Shown: in pieces, positions 52,621 through 64,000 of the stretch
How the letters are laid out: each line of letters opens with the position of its first letter
Position numbering within the stretch: position 1 is the first letter of the stretch
Assembly: GCA_951406725.2 (NCBI GenBank)
Contig: OX597822.1
Span: 9,734,001-9,798,000, forward strand
Source of the DNA: Octopus vulgaris
Lineage: Eukaryota
Direction: 5' to 3'
DNA: 64,000 bases
Made by a program: the position numbers and the translations under genes
The notes under the pieces: model-generated
What the model saw: the letters and a program-made list of their open reading frames with translations, nothing else
The model's database searches: none
Told to the model about the DNA's origin: nothing

Positions 52621-53416
52621 TACACTATATATATATCTAGTTCGAGTATGAGGGCAAAAGTACTTTGTGTGTAGTTATTCTGTCTCTCCGATATCTACGC
52701 TACGCATACACGCAAACGTTACAACTACCAACAGGAACGTGAACTGCAGCTGCAACCACAATCTAAACCGCACACCTCAACACCACCCACTTGTGTCTAT
52801 CAATCAACGAATAATGAACTTCTATTCTCATTCCATTTAATTATGTATCAAACAAAAATCTGTAATCACTCCGCCACACACCGCACAAAAAAAATGAACG
52901 GAATAAAATTAAAAAACAACAATTTGATTCTACTTTCACTTTCCACCATTAATGTTTCTCCCTTCCCCGCTACCACGTCGTTATATTAGGAGAAACACAC
53001 ATGGACATTCATACACACACGCAAACATACACATAAATGCTCGCGCGCGCACACATACACACGCACACGCACACACAAAAGTAAACACATATCTCTTCCT
53101 TCTTTTTCGGTTGAAAATCCCTTGTCTTTCATCATTTTAATATTTTTCTTATCTTTTCATCTCTCCGCTTCCAATTTCTCTACTTCGTCTTTCTTAATTT
53201 CCCTCTCCCCTCACTCTCTCTCTCTCTCTCTCTCTTTCTCTCTATCTATGAATCTCTATCTATCCTCTCCCCTGCACCTCAATGACTAGCATATCGCAAT
53301 CTGCTGCATTCATATGCTCCACCACATCTGATATTCATATACATGTATGTAGAATATATGCATGTATGTATGTTTGTATGTATGTATGTATGTATGTATG
53401 TATGTATGTATGTATG

Positions 53417-53456
<40 letters not shown>

Positions 53457-53640
53457 CATGTATCATACATACATTCATACACTACACACATACTTTTGTT
53501 GGTGTGTATGTGTGTGTATACCATGCAAAACGCATATACAAATAAGCACAGATTCATGCACGCATATGTACATAGGAACATATACATGTACGTATACCTA
53601 CTCAAAATATATTTATATATACACGAATACTTATATATAG

Positions 53641-53752
<112 letters not shown>

Positions 53753-54075
53753 GTCTGTCTGTCTGTCTGTCTATGTATGTATGTATGTATGTATGCATGT
53801 ATGTATGTATGTATCTATCTATCTATCTATCTATCTATCTACTTATCTATCTGTCTATCCATATATATATATTATATATATGTATATGTGCGTATATATA
53901 TATATATATATATACATGCTACATACATATATATATACCTATGTATATATACATATACATATATATATGCCTATATAACCACACACATATATATATGCAT
54001 GCACACACACACACATATATATATATATATACATAAATAGATATATAGAGGTATATATATATATATATGCTCACA

Positions 54076-54122
<47 letters not shown>

Positions 54123-54527
54123 TCACATGCAAACACACTCTCACGCGCATAAATTCATAAATAATCATTTAGCAATGTGTCTTCATTTATTCATTTTCTT
54201 TCGTTCGTTCAGATTCACTTCATCTTTTCAACTTGAGGAATTTGTCTGGTGTCCCAGAAACACATGAATTCCAAATGATCCTCCCCACCCAACCACCTCC
54301 TCGATTCCAGATTCTGGCCCCACAGTAAGGTTGAGCATAATTTTCATGAACGTTTAGTGTTACCAATGCATTTCGTTCACTGTCGTTTGTTGTCCCTTAG
54401 TTTTTCTGTTTAGCTGCATATCGTTTCTCCATTTCTGTCTTTCACTCTGTCGGTCTCTGTCTGTCCATCTGTCTGTCTGCTTGTCTGTTTGTCTATATCT
54501 CTCTGTCTCTCTGTCTCTGTCTCTCTG

Positions 54528-54650
<123 letters not shown>

Positions 54651-54819
54651 TTATCGTTCTCTGACTTAAAACATCAAAAAATCTCCAGTCGAAGACTGGA
54701 GTTCATCGAACGTGCAAGTCCCTTAATCCGTGTCCTGCCTTCCTTTCTAAGTCAGAATATGATATCTAAGTGGCAGGACAGTAAAAATTAATTCAGTTTC
54801 CTAGCATATTTAAATATTT

Positions 54820-55019
54820 TAGTCCGCGGCCATGCTCCGGCACCAATTTGAGGAATTTTAGTCAAACTAATTGACCCTAGTGCTCATTTTATTTTTAAAC
54901 CTCGTATTTATTCTATCGGTCTCTTTTGTAGAACCGCTAAGTTACGGAGACGTAAACACACCAGCACTGGTTGTCAAACGGTGGTGAGGAACAAACAAAG
55001 ACTCAAAGACTTATACACT

Positions 55020-55054
<35 letters not shown>

Positions 55055-55272
55055 ATGTATATATATATGTGTATGTTTGTATGTATGTATGTGTATATAT
55101 ATATGTATGTATGTGTATATATGACGGACGTCTTTCAGTTTCTGTCTTCCAACTCCGCTTACAAGGCTTTTGTCGGCCCAGGGCTATAGTAGAAGGCACT
55201 TTCTCAAGGTGCTACGCAGTGAGTCTGAACCCGGAACCGTGTGGTTGGGAAGCAAGCTTCTTACCACACAGC
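54820..55272 (-). mobile_element. Diverged CORE-type tRNA SINE
   Basis: Family match along its length. Confidence 0.8.
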
Positions 55273-55377
55273 CGCGTTCACGTCTCTGAAACTTTGTTTC
55301 ATAGTCTAGTTCTTCGATGCTTCAGCGTCCCTAAGATATTTAATCTCATTCACTTGTGTACAAGAGTATATACTTCT

Positions 55378-55965
55378 GTGTCCTAATGTGCTTTGCGTTG
55401 ATAATCCAGTGTCCTAATGAATTTGCTTCAGTGCCCCTCTTTACTAAATAAGTACTCCTTTGTCCTGGTATATGTATTCCTGTACTCCATTGTCTCAATG
55501 CCTGTAATATGGTACTCTTATGTCCTACTCCATTTGGCCTGTTAAACCTGTGTCCTAATCCGCTTAGCATGGGACGTCCATGTCCTAATGAATTTAACCT
55601 GTTACTGCTGTCTTTATGTGTTTAACCTGGTGTCTCTTGTCCTAATGTATTTGTCCTAGTACTCGTATATCCTCATATATCTAGCCTGGTGCTTCTGTAT
55701 CCTGGAGTATTTGGTCTGATACATCTGTCCTAATCTATTTAATCTGGTATCCCTGTATCCTACTTTATCTAACTCGGTGCTCTTATGTCCTAATGTTTTC
55801 AGACTGATACTCCCTTGTCCTAATGTATTTAACCTGTCGCCTAATGCGTTTGACCTGTGCTCCAGTGTCGTAATATATTTCAGCTAGTACTCCATGTATC
55901 TCTAATGTATGTCTCCAATGTCATAATGTTATTTTGTCAGGTATTCCAGTGTTCTAATATATTTA
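55378..55965. repeat. Highly diverged ~30-bp minisatellite
   Basis: TGTCCTAATG-like anchors at ~55461, 55491, 55521, 55551, 55581, 55638, 55726, 55786 and 55816. Confidence 0.65.
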
Positions 55966-55974
55966 TTCCAGTAA

Positions 55975-56185
55975 GGCAGCGAGCTGGCAGAAACGTTAGC
56001 ACGCCGGGCGAAAAGCTGAGCGGTGTTTCGTCTGTCTTTACGCTCTGTGTTCAAATTCCGCCGAGGTCGACTTTGCCTTTCATACTTTCGGGGTCGACAA
56101 ATTAAGTACCAGATGCGTACTGGGGTCAAACTAATCGACTTGCCCCTCCCCCAAAAGTTCGGGCCTTATGCTTAGAGTAGAAAAG
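55975..56185 (+). mobile_element. Nin/Deu-domain tRNA-derived SINE
   Basis: A box TGGCAGAAACG, B box GTTCAAATT, and GCCTTTCATACTTTCGGGGTCGACAAATTAAGTACCAG (Nin/Deu conserved domain). Confidence 0.85.
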
Positions 56186-56461
56186 AAAACATATAGTGTA
56201 TTGGGATAATACGTTAGTATCCGAACGTATTATCCTAATATTCTAATATCTTAATGCATTTGTTTAGTCCGGTACTCCAGACTCCAAATCCTTTGTCTTG
56301 TACGTTAATCTGCTAATCTCTATTAACACTTTTGAACATGCAGACTGATAAGTTCAATAGAACAGAAGATGCTGATATAGTTGATCTAGCTGCTTATGTG
56401 CACACTGGACCTGCTAGAAATAATAACCAAATTTCTTCAAATTACACACTATCATCTTAAG

Positions 56462-57315
56462 TATCAGGTTGACACAGAAGTTTTTTTCGAATTATCACTG
56501 CTGATTTTTGGCGACTTGTGTCTCAATGTTAAATCATTAATTTGATATAACCCGTCTAATTGTTGCTAAATTGCTTTTTTTTAAATTTTCATACAAACAT
56601 TAATTGCTTATTCTCTATTTTACAGTTTCAATAATGTGAAGTGAAAAAAATGCAATTAGAGCAAATTTTACACTACCTATGGAAAAAAGGGACAAAGAGC
56701 AAGAACAGCGGCAGAAGAAATTAATGATGTGGGATTCCCAGTCAACGAATGTGTGACACAAAACTGGTTCAGATGTTTCAAGGAAAGTGACACTAGTTTC
56801 GTAGACAAACCTAGGTCAAGGAGACCTTCTGCTGTGAAAGATGAAGTTTTACTTGAAATCGGTAAACAACGGCCATGCACAAGTATTTCTAAATTATCGG
56901 CAGAACTTGTTTCTTCACAAGTACCATCAATCGACACCTTTATACGCTCGGCTCTGTGAACAAACGCTGTCGAGAGGTTCCTTATGAATTGACCAATGAT
57001 CGGGCTCAACGATGTGCGAACTTTTGCAAACTACAGCTGACAGATCTACGAAATGCTCGTTTTGGGTGTTGAATTGAAGGATAAAAAAATGGACCTATTT
57101 TCGTAATTCTAATAAGATGAATCAATGGATTAGTTCTTTCCACGTCTCATAACCTGTAATCAAACAAGGGCGGTATTAACAGAAGGTCATGTATATTTGG
57201 TGGAATTTCGAGGGAGTGTCGCACTTTGAGCTTGTCCCAGATGCTCATGTTGTGAATGCTGACTTTTATGCTCAACAACTGCAACGAGTATATGATACTT
57301 TGAAGCTTCGAAACC
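56462..57315 (+). mobile_element. Old degenerate mariner transposon
   Basis: TATCAGGTTG TIR-like start, QNWFRCFKESDTSFVDKPRSRRPS (HTH region) and VPYEL, with many frameshifts. Confidence 0.75.
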
Positions 57316-57344
57316 TTGTCTGTTAATATTGTTTTATACAAGCA

Positions 57345-57605
57345 AAAATGCACAGAGATGACGGTTTAGCTATCTCAGACAAAATTAGTGGATGCAATAT
57401 AAGGAAAGATGTAGTAAGTAGTTTTAAAGAGTTAAGAATTAGTATGACGCTGTTCATGAAAGTAAGAATATACGTTTTAGATATAGATTTAGATTTACAC
57501 GCAAGGCTAATGTATATCGGAAAAAATTTCAAAAACCTTGCTTTTATCTTTAATAACATAAAGATGATGTAAATGAATGAATTTTCAATATATTTTCGGA
57601 CAACA
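57345..57605 (+). mobile_element. Penelope-like reverse transcriptase catalytic fragment
   Basis: ORF 57348-57572 MHRDDGLAISDKISG..FKELRISMT..VLDIDLDL resembles PLE YRDDGL...FLDVTLDL. It ends at (TA)n. Confidence 0.7.
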
Positions 57606-57611
57606 TAACTG

Positions 57612-57681
<70 letters not shown>

Positions 57682-57684
<3 letters not shown>

Positions 57685-57890
57685 TAATCCAAACATGAAA
57701 ACACAAAAAGAAAACACACCAACGCGAGGACATGGAACAAGTACAGTGTTATTGGACGCTCAGGAAAGGAAAGAAAGAAGGAGAATTTAACGTTTCGAGC
57801 GTAGCTCTTCGTCAGAAACATAGGAAAAGGAAAGATCCAACGAAGGGAAGACGGAGGAAAAAAATCACCAACGATACACTCGCGGTCACA
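57682..57890 (-). mobile_element. Penelope-like pseudo-LTR 3' end abutting (TA)n
   Basis: Homolog of 3465-3650. Confidence 0.65.
57785..57819 (-). ncRNA. Minimal type I hammerhead motif, canonical core
   Basis: GUUU-CUGACGA-A-GAGC-uac-GCUC-GAAAC-GUU-AAAU. Confidence 0.65.
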
Positions 57891-57938
57891 TATTGAATTC
57901 ATAATTGTATACATACCTACATATACAAATATGTACAT

Positions 57939-57987
<49 letters not shown>

Positions 57988-58624
57988 TGTACATATTTGC
58001 ATATGTAGGTATGTATACAATTATGAATTTGTCTATATACCTAATTATAAATGCACACAAACGTATACACATATACACGCACACGCACAAACACGCACAC
58101 ACATATATAAATGTATGCATTTTTATACACTTACAGCGAGAGAGGCAGTGGGAGGTATTTACTCTGATACATTCGCAATAATGCATTTACTGTGTTCTTT
58201 TCCTTTTGTTGTTCCACTTCTCTCTCTCACTCTCTCTCTCTTTATCTCTTCCACTCACACACACACACACATATATACACATATATACACACATGCACAG
58301 AAACAAACACACGCGCGCATCTGTGTCTGTGTTTGAATTTATATTGCAGTGTGTGCCTGTTCGGTGAATAATTGCATATGTCCGCATGTGCTAATATCTT
58401 CACGCCTCTGCATCTGTTTAGATGCAATTTTGGAGCAGTCATAAAACTGCACAAACCATACGTCACTCTGTCTTATCTTCAAAGCTCTGGAATTCCTTCA
58501 AGCATCTGCTCCACGTTGTCCCTTCGGCCTTCAGACCCCGTGAGTAATGCAGTAATTGCGACTATCGATACGAATGTATTTGGGGTGGCTAGATTCAACA
58601 TCAATAACCGCGCGCACTTCATCC

Positions 58625-59436
58625 TCCCGCCGCAGCCGCCGCTGCCGCCAACACCAACCACACCACCACCACCGCCGCCGCCACCACCACCACCACCACC
58701 ACCACCACCACCACCACCACCACCACCACCATTTTCACCACTACCATTTCTATTACTACCACCACTACCACAACTACCAGCGCTACCACCACCAACACTA
58801 CCGTTACCATCACTACCACTTCTACTAATACCACCACTACCACTTCTTCTACCACCACTACCACTTCTACTACTACCCCTCTTACTACCACTTCTACTAA
58901 TACCACCACTACCACTTCTACTACCACAACTACCAGCGCTGCCACCGCCATCATTACCATCAGCACCACTACCACTTCTACTAATACTTCATCAGTACCG
59001 ACACCACCACTACCACTTCTACTATCACCTCCACTATCACCACCACTACCATCACTACCAGCAACACTACGACAACTATCACCACCACTACCTATTACCA
59101 CTACCATTACCAATTACTACTACCACTACCATCACCAGCACCACTACCACAACCACCACTATCACCACCTCGTCCACAACTACCACTACTACCGCAATCA
59201 CTTCCTCCCCTAATACCAGCACCACGACCACCACCACCCCTACCACCGCTACGATAACTACCGCCTGGCACCGTCACAACCACCCCCACCACCAATGACA
59301 TCATCGATGCCATGGGCCAACAGTATCAATAGCGTCGCCCCAACCAACACAACTACAGCCAGCACCACAGACATCATCCTGCTGCACTGATACCACAACC
59401 ACTATCGTCATCATCACTATTAATATTACCACCACC

Positions 59437-59533
<97 letters not shown>

Positions 59534-59878
59534 ATACTACAACGCTGCCCTTCACCTTGATCCTAATTCGATCCCCGCCCTCTACCATTACTACTGTGAC
59601 ATCAGAAACACAAATGCGGCCAGCACCACCACCAGCACTACCACCAATTCTATAATCTCAGCCACTACTCAGCCCGCTAAAAATAGCAGCTAAAATTCCT
59701 CCGATCCTTCCCATCTCATAATCATTTTTGAAAATAGCACATTTGGAAAAAGTAGTCTCAGATACACTGTGTCTGAATCGCAGGACAGGATGATCAAGGT
59801 TGCTCCGCCTTTGGCCATAGGTTTGACCTGGGCTAAACACTACAACTACCGCCACACCAACACTAACAACACCAACTG

Positions 59879-59909
<31 letters not shown>

Positions 59910-60165
59910 TATCATTATCACCACCACTACCACCACCACCACCAACACCACCACCACCACCACCACCACCACCGACGTTGCCAACAGCATCACGTCACCA
60001 GCATCCCCACTGCTACCACCACCACTGCGACAACCAATACTACGACGACGACCACCATCCATCATCATCATCAACATCATTGTCGTCGTCAACATCAACA
60101 CCGCCACCATCATCATCAGCAGGAGTATTATCAACGTCGACACCAACAACACCATCACGATCATC
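58625..60165. repeat. (CCA/CTA/CAT)n trinucleotide-rich region
   Basis: Direct reading. Confidence 0.85.
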
Positions 60166-60169
60166 ACAG

Positions 60170-60326
60170 TTTTTCTACCCAAGGCACAAGGCCCGAAATT
60201 TTTGGCGAAATGGGGGAACCAGTCGATTAGATCGACCCCAGTACGCAACTGGTACTTAATTTATCGACCCCGAAAGGATGAAAGGCAAAGTTGACCTCGG
60301 TGGAATTTGAACTCAGAACGTAAAGA
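60170..60326 (-). mobile_element. 5'-truncated Nin/Deu-domain SINE
   Basis: CTGGTACTTAATTTATCGACCCCGAAAGGATGAAAGGC. Confidence 0.85.
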
Positions 60327-60486
60327 CATCACATGTATTAGCTTCTCAACCGTCACACCGTCGGCTGCTCCTTTAATTGGTCGTCTGATCAGCTGGAAAT
60401 AGCGGCTAAACTCCTTCAAATCAATATTAACCATCTTAGAAAGTTTGAAGTTCACGATGTCATCCTGGTTTTCCTGCGCGCAAGGA

Positions 60487-60488
60487 TG

Positions 60489-60572
<84 letters not shown>

Positions 60573-60998
60573 TGTGGGGAAAAAGGGAGAAAGAGAGAAA
60601 GGGAGAGAAATGTGAGAGAGAGAGAGAGTGGGAAAGAGAAAGAAAAGAGAGAGAGAGGAGAGAGAGAAGAGAGAAAGAAGGAAAGAGAGAGAAAGAGAAG
60701 GAGAGAGAGACAGAGAAAAAGAGAGAGAAAGAGAAGAGAGAGAGAGAGAGAGATGGGGGGAGAAAGGGAGAAGGAGAGAAAGGGAGAGAAATGTAAGTGA
60801 GAGGGAGAGAGTGGGAAAGAGAAAGAAAAGAGAGAGGAGAGAGAGAGAAGAGAGAAAGAAGGAAAGAGAGAGAAAGAGAAGGAGAGAGAGACAGAGAAAA
60901 AGAGAGAGAAAGAGAAGAGAGAGAGAGAGAGAGAGAAAAAAAAGAAAGTGAGAGAGAAGGAGAGAGAAAGAGGAGACAGAGACAGAGAGTGAGAGGGA
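60487..60998. repeat. Polypurine (GA)n tract with a ~180-bp tandem duplication
   Basis: 60571-60751 is repeated at about 60752-60935. Confidence 0.85.
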
Positions 60999-61599
60999 AA
61001 TCGGTAAGTCACGGCTTGGACTGATTTTGATCACAGGTCTGTCTGCTCGATCAGGGCTGACCTGGGGCTAAAATAAAACAGCCAAAACAGCGACAACGGC
61101 AACAACAACAACAAACAACAAACAAACAACAAAAAGGAAAAAGGAAAACGTCCCGCGCCATCGTAATTGTTCATCGTCGACTGTAAAAAGCAAACAAACG
61201 ATTATCACTTGTGCGGTGAACCATTCAATCTGATGTTTCGGGATTGTAGAAGGTATCTGGTGGCGGCGGCGGCGGCGGAGGCGGTGGTGGGGGAGGGGAG
61301 GGGGGCGTGATAGATCAAGTGAGGAAAAAGGTGGGAGTGGAGGAGGAGGAGTAAGAGGAGTAGGAGGAGTAGGAGGGGGACTAGGACAGCTCAAGCAATT
61401 AGAAGTGGTTGACAAGCGGGGGGGGGGGGAGGGCGTGGAGATGGAAATCGGAGGAGGAGGAGGAGGGCGAGTAGGAGCAGACGGTTGGTAGAGGATAGTG
61501 GTGATGGTGGTGGTGGTGGGGGGAATTTAGAGAGAGATTTGAGATAAGGCGCTGAAATCAAAACATGAGAGAGTCGTCCGTTCGTTTCATTATATGTCA

Positions 61600-62680
<1,081 letters not shown>

Positions 62681-62959
62681 TATCATCATAATCAGCAGCA
62701 GCAGCCGTAAAAGCAGTAGCCGCAGCAGCAGCAGCAATAACAGTAGCAACAACAACAATAACACGACCATCGGCATTACCACCATGATCCTATCAGAATC
62801 AATAGCAGGTCGAATACACACGTAGTGCCAATTCCTTCTGCGGACGAAAATCATATTTCCTCCTCCTCCTCCTCCGTAGAGTACTGGAGTTGACATAATA
62901 GACAAAACCCTCTCCTATTTATCCCCACCAACCTAAATTCCTGGCTGTTCGCCCGACGC

Positions 62960-63265
62960 GGATTTCCTCCACAGACCAAGTTCGCATCAACTTCCTCAAG
63001 TACCACTTGAAAGGAAAGAGAGGGGAAAAATGGAGGGGCGGCCCTTAAGTGTCTTTAACGAAAAGCGGGTGAGAGTGTGTGGCAAAACGGGCAAGGCTGA
63101 AAGAGCTTATTCTAAGCATGTTCTTTTTTCTCTAAGTAGCAGAAAAGAAACTAGGTAAGGGCACTTTTGATGCATTGGAGGTGACAGAATAATCTGGGCC
63201 TGTGTGTGGAGTTCCCCCTGAGTTATCTGAGGTGGTCCTCCCACATACTGGACATTTTCTTCTTA
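62960..63265 (+). mobile_element. Possible decayed L1/Tx1-like LINE 3' end
   Basis: INFLKYHLKGK..F.EKRVRV resembles Tx1-type ORF2 C-termini. The match is weak. Confidence 0.35.
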
Positions 63266-63269
63266 TATA

Positions 63270-63660
63270 GGCGCAGGAGCGGCTGTATGATAACTAGCTT
63301 GCTTACAAACCACATGGTTCCGGGTTCAGTCCCACTGCGTGATACCTTGGGCAAGTATCTTCTACTATAGCCTTGGGCCGACCAAAGCCTTGTGAGTGGA
63401 TTTGGTAGACGGAAACTGAAAGAAGCCTGTCGTATATATGTATATATGTATGTGTGTATATATTTGTCTGTGTTTGTCCCCCCAACATCGCTTGATATCC
63501 GATGCTGGTGTGTTTACGTCCCCATAACTTAGCGGTTCGGCAAAAGGAACCGAGAGAATAAGTACTAGGCTTACAAAGAATGAGTCCTGGGGTCAATTTC
63601 CTCAACTAAAAGGCGGTGCTCCAGCATAGCCACAGTCAAATGACTGAAACAAATAAAAAC
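63270..63660 (+). mobile_element. Full-length CORE-type tRNA SINE (octopus OK/OR-like)
   Basis: tRNA-like head with B box GGTTCAGTCCC, CORE-like CCTTGGGCAAGT, an internal microsatellite and the tail CAGTCAAATGACTGAAACAA. Confidence 0.9.
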
Positions 63661-63714
63661 ATATCATTTGGTTTTGTTAAACTTTTTGTTCTACTCGATG
63701 TAAGCTCCACATTT

Positions 63715-63942
63715 GTCTCTTAGATGTAAACAAAACAACACCGGTTGTCAAGTGGTGATGGTTTACATACACACACGACAGGCTTCCACACAATTTTCGT
63801 CAACCAAATTTATGCACAAGTCATTGATATCAACACCCATGGCTGTAGTAAAAGACATTTTACCAAGGTGCCGCTCGGTGGGGCCAAGCCCGAAACCACA
63901 TGGTTAGAAAGCGATCTTAACCAGACAGCTATGTCTGCGCCT
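63715..63942 (-). mobile_element. Old degenerate CORE-type SINE
   Basis: AAGACATTTTACCAAGGTGCC..AACCACATGGTT..GCGCCTA. Confidence 0.6.
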
Positions 63943-64000
63943 ATTAAAAGCAAAATGTTATTTCATTCCACTTCAACATGGCTATTCCGTAGGAACCGAC

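Overview
Repeat-dense, gene-poor animal genomic DNA. The SINE families and microsatellite load suggest an octopus or related coleoid cephalopod; this is inference, not a database result. No intact host gene was recognisable, and most ORF-track entries are microsatellite translations. The window holds tRNA-derived CORE-type and Nin/Deu-domain SINEs, decayed Tc1/mariner elements, a hAT MITE, non-autonomous Helitrons, 3' fragments of R4/Dong-like RLE LINEs in (ATAC)n, RTE derivatives and Penelope-like (PLE) fragments. The standout is a near-identical 360-bp tandem array at 3675-6266, embedded in (TA)n and inverted at a 6-bp TGCAGG microhomology. Each full unit carries a hammerhead-ribozyme-like motif with a variant core (CCGAUGA) and a palindromic helix III, as expected of a non-LTR retrozyme. 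Further minimal hammerhead motifs occur in PLE-like ends and in a tRNA-headed element, often as head-to-head foldbacks inside microsatellites. All structures were folded by eye and none is shown to cleave.
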